Assembly (NCBI RefSeq): GCF_010672695.1
Contig: NZ_JAAHGB010000033.1
Span: 7,965 to 71,964 of the forward strand
DNA length: 64,000 bases
Source of the DNA: Okeania sp. SIO1H4
GTDB taxonomy: Bacteria > Cyanobacteriota > Cyanobacteriia > Cyanobacteriales > Microcoleaceae
Reading direction: 5' to 3'
Within the stretch, counting starts at the first letter, position 1. Each line of letters starts with the position of its first letter. The notes under the pieces are model-generated. The model made no database searches, was not told the origin of the DNA, and saw nothing but the letters and a program-made list of their open reading frames with translations. This document shows, in pieces, positions 8,318 through 18,604 of the stretch. The position numbers and the translations under genes are program-made.

Positions 8318-9574
8318 TCATCGATAAACTGGTAAAGTAAACTGAAAACAACTACCATTATTTGGACTAGACTCTACCCAAATTTTGCCGTAGTGGGATA
8401 AAATAATCCTTTGACATAAAGCTAGACCAATACCATAACCTTCTTGTGACTCATCACGCTTGAGTCTAAAACTATCTTCAAAAATACGACCGTGATTTTC
8501 TTTAGGAATACCAGGACCACTATCACAAATTGTCACTTGAATCTTTTGAGTAGTGCGATCGAGGATTAAAACCTGTATTTTTCCTTGTTTAGGAGTATAC
8601 TTTATGGCATTATCCAGCAAATTAACTATTACCTGACGTATTCTTTCTCGGTCAGCATAAACTAACGGTAAATCATTAGGAATATCCGTTTTCAACTGCA
8701 AATCTTTTGACTTAAGTCGGTCTCGAAAACTAATTATCACCTCGCGACACAATGCCCCCAAATCTAATTTTTCAGGCTGAATTTGTAACTGCGTACTTTT
8801 GCCTCTTGGCCTCTCCAGAATATCTGTAATCATTCTGTCAATCACACGAACTTGGTAACGTGCCTGCTTAATTAGCCTTTCCATAAGAGTCGGAGAGCTT
8901 CTAGGAAACTCACTATTAACAGTTTTTTGAGTTGATTCTAAAGTCTCTAGAGCCAATGAAACTGCTGTCAGAGGGTTGCGTAAGTCATGAGCCAACATGG
9001 CCACAATACGGTCTTTAAATCTTAGTTGAGCTTGAAGTTGTTCCTTTTCCTGTTTGAGACGAAAAATTTCATCTGACATTTGCATTAATTCTGCAGCACA
9101 GTCGATGGAATTAACAGATAATTTTTGATTAACAACCTGTTTAGACTGAGGTTGAGAGTTATGAGTGTGCCAATATTCGGCGATGGAACGTTGCCAGCGT
9201 GGCCACCAATATTCCAATTTGGCAATTAAATCTGTACCAGTTAGGGTTTGTCTCGGTTCAGGATAAATTTTGAGTAGAGCAGGAGTAGCAATTAACTTGA
9301 AGTGCTCTGCCATATAGGGTTGCTCTTGTACGTCAATGACTTGAAATTCAAAGGGATAATCATAATCTTTTTCTAAATTGTTGAGGGACTTACGAATGGC
9401 TTGAATTTGCTCTTGAGAGCCAGGACGTTTGTTGATAAACAATAAAATCTGTAAAAATCCCTGCTCATTACTATTATTATTATTATTAGATTTTTCTGAA
9501 GACACCTGTAAAAAATTTCTAGGTAAGTGGGATAGGCTATTAGCATCTCTTTTGCAAATAGAATAATTTACCAT
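8318..9574 (-). CDS. sasA: Adaptive-response sensory histidine kinase SasA (KaiB-like N-domain + HisKA + HATPase)
   Basis: KaiB-fold segment QPYMAEHFKLIATPALLKIYPEPRQTLTGTDL...WWPRWQ. This is followed by the H-box LAMLAHDLRNPL and the N, G1, G2 boxes (LLDNAIKY, DSGPGI, GYGIGL). Confidence 0.85.
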   Translation of the reverse strand: MVNYSICKRDANSLSHLPRNFLQVSSEKSNNNNNSNEQGFLQILLFINKRPGSQEQIQAIRKSLNNLEKDYDYPFEFQVIDVQEQPYMAEHFKLIATPALLKIYPEPRQTLTGTDLIAKLEYWWPRWQRSIAEYWHTHNSQPQSKQVVNQKLSVNSIDCAAELMQMSDEIFRLKQEKEQLQAQLRFKDRIVAMLAHDLRNPLTAVSLALETLESTQKTVNSEFPRSSPTLMERLIKQARYQVRVIDRMITDILERPRGKSTQLQIQPEKLDLGALCREVIISFRDRLKSKDLQLKTDIPNDLPLVYADRERIRQVIVNLLDNAIKYTPKQGKIQVLILDRTTQKIQVTICDSGPGIPKENHGRIFEDSFRLKRDESQEGYGIGLALCQRIILSHYGKIWVESSPNNGSCFQFTLPVYR

Positions 9575-10019
9575 TTAGTAGTAATCCATATTGAATATTC
9601 CCGCCTACCTAGATACTTGGCCCTATGCTGTAAGCGGGGCGGGGTTTACCACTTACGATTAAAAAACTAATTGGATGAATTTTATATTTTTCTATTAATG
9701 GCCTATAAAAGAAAATTAGTTTCTGAGATAATTTAATATCTATTTCATATTGTGACACTAATACTTTCAATTCGCGTTCTAGAGTATATTGAGATTATCT
9801 AATGCTGACTTGACATAATTGATATTTTATAGTAAGTGAATACAGATAAATCTTACCAGTGGTTATGATGACTCAAGTGAGGGAGAATTTTCTGGTAAGT
9901 GGTATACTGCAAGCTTAAATTTTATAGTAGTTGGAGGTTTGCTGAGGATACTCTCAGAACTTCATGTCTCAGTTGTCAAAAAAATGTAATTTTAAATTTT
10001 GAAATATTGCTAAAAATGG

Positions 10020-11672
10020 ATGAAGTTGGTTAGCTGGCAAAAAAATCAGTCCCTCAGAGTGGTGCTTGTGGCGGCGATCGCCTTCTTTGTTCTCTGTCTA
10101 TTATTTAATTTGCACCGCTATTATAGTTTTTACGCCTCTTACGACCAAGGTATATTTAACCAGGTCTTTTGGAATAGTATACACGGTCGTTTTTTTCAAA
10201 GTTCTCTCTCTTCTGCTCTTTCTACAAATGTAGTTCACCAAGGCCAAGTACCAGAAGTATACTATCACCGCTTAGGCCAACATTTTACTCCAGCTCTATT
10301 ATTGTGGTTGCCAATATATGCTCTATTTCCATATCCTGTCACCCTAACAGTATTACAGGTCACATTAGTTACTGGTGCTGGTTTAGTTTTATACATTTTA
10401 GCTAGGCACTATCTCCAGCCACCCTTATCAGCCATAATTACCATTAGCTTCTATTGTGCTAATGCAGTAATTGGCCCTACTCTCGGAAATTTCCATGATA
10501 TTTGTCAGATACCTATATTTGTATTTAGCTTACTACTGGCAATGGAAAAACGCTGGTGGCCTCTATTTTGGATTTTAGTAGTATTAATTTTAGCTGTTAG
10601 AGAAGATGCAGGAGTAGTTTTATTTGGAGTAGGATTCTATCTAATTTTGAGTAAACGCTACCCCAAAATAGGTTTAGCTATTTGTACTTTCAGTTTTGTT
10701 TATATGGTAGCTTTAACAAATCTGATTATGCCCCTATTTTCCGAAGACATTTCCCAGAGATTTATGATGGAAAGATTCGGTCAATATGCAGAAGGAGATG
10801 AAGCTTCGACTTTGGAAATTATTTGGGGTATGATTAGTAACCCTTGGCGGTTAATAGCAGAAATTTTCACTCCATTTTTTGGCACTATCAAGTATTTATT
10901 AGGTCAATGGTTACCTTTAGCATTTGTACCTGCTGTTGCTCCCGCTTCTTGGATGATAGCAGGGTTTCCTTTACTGAAATTATTTTCTGCTCAAGGTTTG
11001 TCTGTACTGTCAATTACAATTCGCTACGCTATGACAGTAGTACCTGGATTATTTTACGGTGCAATTCTATGGTGGGGAAAGAGAGAATCAGAAGTTGAAA
11101 ACTCACCACTGCCATCAGGAAAGTTTCGCCGTTTTTGGGTAATTTGTATTTGCTTGTCGCTATTTTTTACATTTACATCTAATCCTAATCGCACTTTTTA
11201 TTTTTTAGTACCAGATTCAGTTAAACCTTGGGTTTATGTTCCCGCACACCAACAATGGCAACACGTTGGTAAAATGCGACCATTGTTAGGAAAAATTCCT
11301 GATGATGCAAGTGTGGCAGCAACAACTTATATTATTCCTCACTTATCAAGTCGTCGAGCAATTTTGCGGTTTCCTAGAATGCAATTTAGAAATGATGCTA
11401 GAGAGGTGGAAAAGGTGCAATATATTATTGTTGATCTGTGGCGGTTGAATAGATATCGGGTCGCATTTAAGAGCGATCGCCAACGGTTAGAGAAAATTGT
11501 ACCGCGAATTGAAGAACTTTATAATTCTGGTGAATATGGAATTACTGATTTTAGAGATGGTGTGGTTTTGATGGAAAAAGGAGTAGTTTCTGATTTGGAT
11601 GCTCTGGATGGATGGGAAAATTTCCGCATGAAGAAGGAGTCAGGAGACAGGAGTCAGGAGTCAGTCAAGTAG
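10020..11672 (+). CDS. Polytopic integral membrane protein (DUF2079-like, putative glycosyl/mannosyltransferase-like)
   Basis: 550 aa with about 10-12 hydrophobic helices in the N-terminal 400 aa and a soluble C-terminal domain. Confidence 0.4.
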   Translation: MKLVSWQKNQSLRVVLVAAIAFFVLCLLFNLHRYYSFYASYDQGIFNQVFWNSIHGRFFQSSLSSALSTNVVHQGQVPEVYYHRLGQHFTPALLLWLPIYALFPYPVTLTVLQVTLVTGAGLVLYILARHYLQPPLSAIITISFYCANAVIGPTLGNFHDICQIPIFVFSLLLAMEKRWWPLFWILVVLILAVREDAGVVLFGVGFYLILSKRYPKIGLAICTFSFVYMVALTNLIMPLFSEDISQRFMMERFGQYAEGDEASTLEIIWGMISNPWRLIAEIFTPFFGTIKYLLGQWLPLAFVPAVAPASWMIAGFPLLKLFSAQGLSVLSITIRYAMTVVPGLFYGAILWWGKRESEVENSPLPSGKFRRFWVICICLSLFFTFTSNPNRTFYFLVPDSVKPWVYVPAHQQWQHVGKMRPLLGKIPDDASVAATTYIIPHLSSRRAILRFPRMQFRNDAREVEKVQYIIVDLWRLNRYRVAFKSDRQRLEKIVPRIEELYNSGEYGITDFRDGVVLMEKGVVSDLDALDGWENFRMKKESGDRSQESVK

Positions 11673-11880
11673 GTTGTGTTAGCGTTTGCGCAGTATTCCG
11701 CACCGAAAGCGTAACGCACCGAGATCTTTGAGATAGCTACAAACTATTCAACGGTGCGTTACGGCGCAACGTAATATTTGACAGTTCAACAGTATTTTGT
11801 AGTAAGCGCCTAACTCACCCTACTGTACTACTACGGAGGCGATGGCACTGACTCCTTAAATTAACAATGAGTAATCTTCT

Positions 11881-11960
11881 TGAAGAAGGCAGAAGGCAGA
11901 AGGCAGAAGGCAGAAGGCAGAAGGCAGAAGGCAGAAGGCAGAAGGCAGAAGGCAGAAGGG
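11881..11960. repeat. (GAAGGCA)n heptamer array (about 11 units) followed by the GGGGTATTAAACCC core element (12016-12048)
   Basis: Read directly. The ORFs called across it (11815..12050) are repeat artefacts. Confidence 0.85.
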
Positions 11961-12113
11961 AAAATTGTTTGGGGTTAGAATCCCAAACAATTTTAAGCAC
12001 CCCCGTTGACGGTGGGGTATTAAACCCATAAGGGAAAAGATAAATTTCAAATCAGATGAGGAGAACTTTTATTAGAAAAATTTGCTGCTCCTCCGGAAGA
12101 TGTCTTAGGAGAA

Positions 12114-12377
12114 TTGTCTTATTTTGAAATGGGAATTAGGCGTTTTTGTTACTGGTGCGATCGCCCCATCTTGATCGAAATAGGCAAAGAACAAATCAAA
12201 GTATTTTTAGACCCCGATATCTCTATGCTCCTGGAAGAAGATTTACCTACAAAAATCCACCAGTTATCGCGAGGGGAAACAATACGGTTAGAATTTGTTG
12301 ATAGTTTTTGCCTCACAATAGAATTAGTACCTCTTGGCAACAAGGTTAACTGCAACTTACGATATTTTGGCTATTGA
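12114..12377 (+). CDS. Hypothetical small protein
   Basis: An 87-aa ORF only. No recognisable motif. Confidence 0.25.
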   Translation: MSYFEMGIRRFCYWCDRPILIEIGKEQIKVFLDPDISMLLEEDLPTKIHQLSRGETIRLEFVDSFCLTIELVPLGNKVNCNLRYFGY

Positions 12378-12810
12378 GATAGCAATAAAAACTTTTCTCT
12401 AGATAGCAGTTACAAACAATATTTCCTTGAGAGTAGGGAGTAGGAAGTAGGGAGTAGGGTGAAAAGAGGTAAGATATCTTGGTTTAATGCCGATAATCGT
12501 TATAAACATTACTAAACGATTATTATTACTTAATAACTGAAGTTCATCGGAAGTATAGCATTAATGCATGGTAATTGATATGAGACCTATTAAAAGAACA
12601 AGGTAAAGGAGAAGATGTAGAAAAAATCGAGAAAGCAATACAAAGAACTCAAGCAGAATCTTAAGAGAAATATAGGTAAAAAAATATAGCGGTTTGTGAT
12701 TAATTTATATGCAAACCACTATTTTTTTGTTAGTTTTTCAGGCAAAGCATTGCTAATGCTACAGTTGTTATTGCCTTGATTAGGAAAACAGTGTCACCTT
12801 ATCCATTAGA

Positions 12811-13575
12811 CTATACAGCGAAAGTATCTACAAATACTGAACCTGTCGTGTTACCATTAATAGTTGAGAGTGATAAAGTAGTGTCGTCACTTTGCGGGAA
12901 TGTGAACCCATCTAATAGATCGTTATACAATGTGTGAGCGTAGCTGTGATTACCTACAAAACTAAAGGAACCTGGTTGGAATAGATCGTCCCAGTTAATA
13001 TATACATCTAAGTCAGCTAATGGGTCATCGTATCCCAATGTACTGCTTGTATGGAAAGCAACAACTCTATCCGCATCACTTGGATCTAAGCGATCGTCTG
13101 TGGGGTTAGCACTAGAGAACCAACCTCCTTCAAACTCAGGACCTGCTGGATCGAGACCAATAAGTTGATCGACTTCGCCACTTCGTTCGCGAAATTCTTC
13201 TCCTGCTTCACCCATCACATGAGCACCTAAACTGTGACCGATAAGAGTAGTATCGGTAGGATTAACACCTTGACTCAACAAATAGTCTGCTACCTCAACT
13301 CCCACATCATCAACTCTATCAGCAGCAGCAAAATAATTGAGAGTATTAGCGCCTTCTTGCCAATCTACTAACAAAATGTTAGCATCATTGCCTTCCAAAT
13401 CTCGTATATTTTGTGCCATTTCTGACATCCAACTTTGAGGGGTGAAATTATTACCTGGATTTCCACCCGTACTTTGGAAACCATGTACGATTACATAAGT
13501 AGGATCGCTTGTGTCTATAGAGCGTGAATTATTTAATCCCCCATTATCCCAAGTATTAAAGAAAACATCTACCAT
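12811..13575 (-). CDS. Lipase-family alpha/beta hydrolase (pancreatic-lipase-like, GHSLGAH nucleophile elbow)
   Basis: VIVHGF...GHSLGAHVMGEAG motif arrangement. Confidence 0.5.
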   Translation of the reverse strand: MVDVFFNTWDNGGLNNSRSIDTSDPTYVIVHGFQSTGGNPGNNFTPQSWMSEMAQNIRDLEGNDANILLVDWQEGANTLNYFAAADRVDDVGVEVADYLLSQGVNPTDTTLIGHSLGAHVMGEAGEEFRERSGEVDQLIGLDPAGPEFEGGWFSSANPTDDRLDPSDADRVVAFHTSSTLGYDDPLADLDVYINWDDLFQPGSFSFVGNHSYAHTLYNDLLDGFTFPQSDDTTLSLSTINGNTTGSVFVDTFAV

Positions 13576-14046
13576 ATTTTTAGTTTGTTCTCATGTATAA
13601 GTGTTTACTGAAAATATTATGCTTTGTGTTGAGTTCCATTTTGGAACTGCTACAATAGTCCTACAAACTTTTGCTGTGTAAGCACTAGCTATTGCTAGGC
13701 AAAAAAGCTAGGAATTATGGCTATGTCCAGTTTTGATGGATTTTTTCCATCTATATTATTTACAAGTTTTTTATAGCATTTTCAGGACGGGGGGCAAATA
13801 TGCGTTGAAAAGGCTATATGTAGGGATTAATGTCCTTCGCTATCACTATTTCCTCCCTATCCTATATGCTCCCCCCCCAGGTGTCAACTACATTTTGCCT
13901 ACTTCATCAAATCTTCATAATACTTATGTTCGATAAACTAAATAGGAGGCCCACCACAATCCCTGAGATTGCTTCCCTCCTCTCCGTTCCAGTCGCAATA
14001 ACTTACAATAACTAATAGTCCGAAGTAGTTGCGCAAACTAAATTTA

Positions 14047-16659
14047 TCACAAACTCATCGGATCGACATCCACAGTTAAACTTACCGCTGGCGGGCAAAA
14101 ATTAATCAACTTAGTCAAATCGGGTACATCCTCACATCCCGATAATAATTTTAACAAAATCTGCCACCGATAACGATTAGCGACTCTAGCAATAGGAGCA
14201 GGTGCAGGCCCCAATAAATCGTATTTTCCTGCTTCCGCTTTTTCCATTAACACACTTGCTAACTTTTGAGCAGTTACCGCTACTTCAGTCGGGTCATAAC
14301 TACTCAAACGCAACAAAATTAACCGCCCATAAGGAGGATATAGTAACTCTGCTCTCGTCTGTAATTCAGTCTCCACAAAAGACTCATAATCATTACGTTG
14401 CACTGCTTGAATCACAGGATGTTCGGGAGTATAAGTCTGAATAATTACCTGCCCCGGATTATCTCCACGACCAGCACGTCCCGCTACTTGCAACAATGTT
14501 TGAAAAGCACGTTCATTGGCACGATAATCTGAAAAATGTAGTAACCCATCGGCAGAAACAACTCCTACTAATGTTACTTGGGCTAAATCTAAACCTTTGG
14601 TCAACATTTGAGTACCAATTAATAAATCTGCTTCTCCATTAGCAAACTGAGTTAACAATATTCGATGTGCATCTTTGGTGCGAGTAGTGTCGCTATCATA
14701 TCTAATACATCGTAAATCGGGAAATTGTCTAGTTAACTCTTGAGTTACCTTTTGAGTACCACTGCCAAAAAATTTAAAAAAAGGAGAATCACATTCAGGG
14801 CAACGTTGGGGTTGTAGTTGAGTGTAATTGCAGTAATGACAACGTAACAGTTGAGTCCCCCCTTCGTGAGTATAATGATAGGAAAGTGAAACGTCGCAAT
14901 GGGGACATTCCATTACATAACCGCAACTACGACAAGATACAAATGTGCTGTGACCGCGACGGTGGATGAATAAAATGCCTTGTTGTTTTGTTTCCTGTAA
15001 CTGTTGCAGTGCTTCTTGTAGAGGATAGCTGAACATTGTCCGGTTTCCCTGTCGCAGTTGTTGGCGCATATCCACTATTTCTATAGGTGGCATTGGTCGT
15101 GAGTGGACGCGCTCTGGTAATGACAGGTAGTAGGTTTTAGGTGTTAGGTTTTGGGTGTTAGGTTTTGGGGAAACATTTTCATCTACATTTTCTCCTAGAT
15201 TAAGATCTCCTTGACTCAAGTTTTCTGGGTGGTATTCTCTTGTTTCTAACCAACTTTCTAAAGAGGGTGTTGCGGAACCTAATATTAATGGGCAGTTTTC
15301 GAGTTCAGCTCGCCATTTTGCTACGGTGCGAGCATGATAACAAGGAGTGGGGCGGTCTTGTTTGAAACTATTATCGTGTTCTTCGTCTAATACAATTAAA
15401 CCTAATTTTGGTAATGGAGCAAAGATGGCGGAGCGAGTGCCAATAATAACTTGAGGAATACCCCATGTCATATTACGCCAGGTATCGTAACGTTCCCCCG
15501 GAGACAGAGCGCTATGGTAAACGTAGACTTTGTTTCCGAAACGAGCGCGAAATCTATCGGTCAGTTGGGGTGTTAGACCAATTTCAGGAACAAGTACAAG
15601 AGCAGATTTGCCATTTTCCAGGATGGGAGCGATCGCCTGTAAGTATACTTCTGTTTTTCCAGACCCCGTAACTCCATGCAACAGCACTTGAGCAAATTCT
15701 TGTATTTGGGTAATAGTTGTTAATGCTTCTGCTTGATATGGGGTCAGTATTTTGATTTCATCTCTGATATTGCCTCTACCCTCTTCTCGTCGCAACACCT
15801 CCTGTGCTTCTATGATGACATAGCCTTTTTCTTCTAGTTTTCTGACCACAGAAGAATTAGTTTTGCAACTGTTAAGCAATTCAGTTAACCATGTTTCCCC
15901 ACCGTTTCGCCGTAGTACTTCCATTACTTCTTGTTGACGTGGGGTTAAATCTCTCGGTAAGTTTTGAACAACTAAAGTTACAGCTTGTCTCAATTTTGGT
16001 TTTGGAGGAGAAGGAGGTTCGAGATAACTTTCTACCCAACCTCGTTGGAGTAAATCTTTTAATCCTCTGTTAGCACTTTTGACTTGACGTTGGATATATT
16101 GCCAGGTGTAATCTTTGGTTTTAGAATTTTGCAGAACTTCCAGAATTTTTTTAGCGGTAGCATTGAGAAAAATTTCTGCACCTGTTGGTATTGCTTCTTC
16201 TATAATGCGGATGCGTCGTTGACTACGTTTGAGTAACCCTGGTGGTAGAGCGGTGCGAATAACTCTAATAATAGGTGTTTGATAATAACTAGCAACTTTT
16301 TCTATAAGTTGCCAATAAGTGGGAGGGAAAAAACCTCTAGTAATAATGTCCGATACATTTTTGATGCGATCGCTCGTTAACCCTTCTGGTAGTTGGGAGG
16401 TTTTGCGAATGGCGATCGCCCCTACCTGTTGACTGCCAAAGGGTACTGTTAAAATGTCTCCTGGTTGAATGTCCAGATCGGGAGGTATTTTGTAGGTAAA
16501 TAACTTTTCCTCATCTTCAGCATCATCTGTTGAAGTTTTGAAAGGAACATCAACTAAAACTTCCACCCACTCTTGCGACTCTTGAGGATGGTTGTTCATG
16601 TAAGACGATCCAGGTTCAGCCAATATTGGTTTTGAGAGTGCTTGAGTAGTTTGGGACAT
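14047..16659 (-). CDS. priA: Primosomal protein N' (replication restart helicase PriA)
   Basis: N-terminal 3'-DNA-binding domain, Walker A GVTGSGKTEVY, DEEH box and a Cys-rich Zn-finger insertion (CRSCGYVMECPHC...CHYC...CPEC). 870 aa. Confidence 0.9.
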   Translation of the reverse strand: MSQTTQALSKPILAEPGSSYMNNHPQESQEWVEVLVDVPFKTSTDDAEDEEKLFTYKIPPDLDIQPGDILTVPFGSQQVGAIAIRKTSQLPEGLTSDRIKNVSDIITRGFFPPTYWQLIEKVASYYQTPIIRVIRTALPPGLLKRSQRRIRIIEEAIPTGAEIFLNATAKKILEVLQNSKTKDYTWQYIQRQVKSANRGLKDLLQRGWVESYLEPPSPPKPKLRQAVTLVVQNLPRDLTPRQQEVMEVLRRNGGETWLTELLNSCKTNSSVVRKLEEKGYVIIEAQEVLRREEGRGNIRDEIKILTPYQAEALTTITQIQEFAQVLLHGVTGSGKTEVYLQAIAPILENGKSALVLVPEIGLTPQLTDRFRARFGNKVYVYHSALSPGERYDTWRNMTWGIPQVIIGTRSAIFAPLPKLGLIVLDEEHDNSFKQDRPTPCYHARTVAKWRAELENCPLILGSATPSLESWLETREYHPENLSQGDLNLGENVDENVSPKPNTQNLTPKTYYLSLPERVHSRPMPPIEIVDMRQQLRQGNRTMFSYPLQEALQQLQETKQQGILFIHRRGHSTFVSCRSCGYVMECPHCDVSLSYHYTHEGGTQLLRCHYCNYTQLQPQRCPECDSPFFKFFGSGTQKVTQELTRQFPDLRCIRYDSDTTRTKDAHRILLTQFANGEADLLIGTQMLTKGLDLAQVTLVGVVSADGLLHFSDYRANERAFQTLLQVAGRAGRGDNPGQVIIQTYTPEHPVIQAVQRNDYESFVETELQTRAELLYPPYGRLILLRLSSYDPTEVAVTAQKLASVLMEKAEAGKYDLLGPAPAPIARVANRYRWQILLKLLSGCEDVPDLTKLINFCPPAVSLTVDVDPMSL

Positions 16660-17218
16660 TTTGCCAAATTAACTAGAGGACAAGTAGGGTGTTTTGCTAA
16701 TGTATCTCCCTAAATTTGTTTGCACTAGCTTACTATATCTGGCAAGATTTTGCTAGCAACGTCATGGATGTTTTAGGGAAGTTCCATGGTATGAAACATT
16801 TATATAGTATTCGGATAATTAGTTATCGTATAACTCAGGAGTCAGGAGAAAGGAAGCAGAAAGGAAGCAGAAAGGAGGGAAAAATCTGGGGATATTCCGG
16901 CATTTTATGTGTGCATTGAATGGAAGTAGAGAGTGCGATAACTATATAACCGGATTTTATATTACAGCAGTTTTCGAGTTGATCAGGTACAAGGTACAAG
17001 GTACAAAGTTTTATGCTTTTAGGGAATAGAGAACAGGGAACAGCGGTGCCACCCCGCGTCAGCGACAGACGCAAGCGGTCGGAATCCGTCTTTTGCTCCC
17101 GCAAAGCTCCGCTTTATATGTTGCAGAGCAAAAGGTAAACTACAGACAAAATATAAGTATCTTTGAAGTTTAATAATTACAGACTTAATAACTGTATTCT
17201 ATGTTAATGAAAACTGCT

Positions 17219-17720
17219 ATAAAATGACGGTTATTTAAGTTTTTATGGATAGATATAGAATCAGAAATACTGGGCGATCGCTCTGTTAAAATTATAGCGT
17301 TAGCGGAGCTTTGCGTCAGCAATCGCTCTATTTGCAATGCGCCATATATAGTGTCTTTCCCTAAGTCCTGACTATTTATCAACTCAAACATCAATTATTA
17401 TCCAAATATCTAGTATCAGAGCTCAAATATCCTAGGCGTTGGTGATGCGTGGTTATGATTGTGCTTGAATGGCAATTGTCTAACTATTAACTGAAAAACA
17501 TTTTATATTTGGCTAAATTTAGGTTTCATAGCTTGATTCACCAACGCCATATCCTACAATTAAAATGACGGTTATTTAAGTTTTTATGGATAGATATAGA
17601 ATCAAAAATAGTAGGTGATCGCTGACAAAAATCATAGCGTTAGCGGAGCTTTGCGTCAGCAATCGCTCTATTTACCATGCGCTATATATAGTGTCTTTGC
17701 GTAAGTCCTGATGTATTTAA
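17219..17720. repeat. Two direct copies (~160 bp each, 17219-17380 and 17563-17720) of a MITE-like unit. Each ends in ...AGCGTTAGCGGAGCTTTGCGTCAGCAATCGCTCTATTT...TATATATAGTGTCTTTGCGTAAGTCCTG
   Basis: Read directly. Family members are also at 33840-33960 (reverse orientation), 33985-34010, 35990-36060, 36210-36300, 31915-32010 and 46895-46925. Confidence 0.8.
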
Positions 17721-17788
17721 TTTAATTGCTGAATTTAATTGCTGTAAATATGTCGGCGACAGTCGAAACAGACCGTAGAGCATGTCAA

Positions 17789-18190
17789 TTAATGTGGATT
17801 TTTTTTCAGAGCAGTAATAATCTGACTATTTGCTTGAGGAAATGTAAATTGCTCGATATTATCTAAAGTTACCCACTTAAACTCATCACATTCTATAGTT
17901 TTTGGTGTTCCCCGCAAATAGCGACAATGATAGACATGAAGTGTTACTTTAACTTCAGAATAACTATGTTCTATAGTAATTAAATGTTCTTCTACTGCAA
18001 TCTCAATTCCTAACTCCTCTAAGATTTCTCTTTTAATACAATCTTCTATTGTTTCCCCTGCTTCTATTTTGCCACCTGGAAATTCCCATAAACCGCCAAA
18101 TGCACCCCCAGGTAGTCGTTTATCAATTAAAATTTGTCCTGCTTCATTCCAGATGACAGCAACACCAATTAACTTATGAGGCAATATCAT
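17789..18190 (-). CDS. NUDIX hydrolase (MutT-like)
   Basis: Nudix box GGKIEAGETIEDCIKREILEELGI. Confidence 0.8.
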   Translation of the reverse strand: MILPHKLIGVAVIWNEAGQILIDKRLPGGAFGGLWEFPGGKIEAGETIEDCIKREILEELGIEIAVEEHLITIEHSYSEVKVTLHVYHCRYLRGTPKTIECDEFKWVTLDNIEQFTFPQANSQIITALKKNPH

Positions 18191-18262
18191 ATTTTAATCT
18201 TTTCTATTTCAAACAAAAATCCCCTGGTTAATTAACCAAGAGGACGATCAAAACTTAATTAA

Positions 18263-18604
18263 TTAACCTTCATTATTGCTGATTTGATTTCCTGGCAAAG
18301 ATTTTTCAAATGTCATTCTCTGTTCAGCATTTCTGAGAAAATAACCACTGATCATTGCTGAAGCTAATAACTTACCTAAATTTTCTCTACTGGTTGTTAC
18401 ACTTACATTAAATTGTTCTGAGGGTAGATTGCCTAAAAGTCCAACAATGTTTCTTTCCATCACTTGAAAAACTTCTTGAGAATTTGGCTTTGATAATTGA
18501 GAAACTGTGTCTGAACTCATAGATTGGACATATTCCCAGAGTAAATTACTTCCTTCTGAACTTTCTTCAAAAAACTCTCGGGTTTGATTTCTTCTATTGG
18601 TCAC
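18263..18604 (-). CDS. Conserved cyanobacterial/plastid-type small protein (DUF760-like)
   Basis: 113 aa. The LLASAMISGYFLRNAEQR segment matches the DUF760 family as I recall it. Confidence 0.4.
   Translation of the reverse strand: MTNRRNQTREFFEESSEGSNLLWEYVQSMSSDTVSQLSKPNSQEVFQVMERNIVGLLGNLPSEQFNVSVTTSRENLGKLLASAMISGYFLRNAEQRMTFEKSLPGNQISNNEG

Noticed and set aside
11815-12050. ORFs 11815..12000 and 11856..12050, and similarly 4610..4840, 3673..3885, 3919..4167, 39602..39790, 61098..61377, 22347..22643
   Set aside because: They are translations of heptamer or other tandem repeats ([29 protein letters not shown] and the like). They have low complexity and no coding signal.
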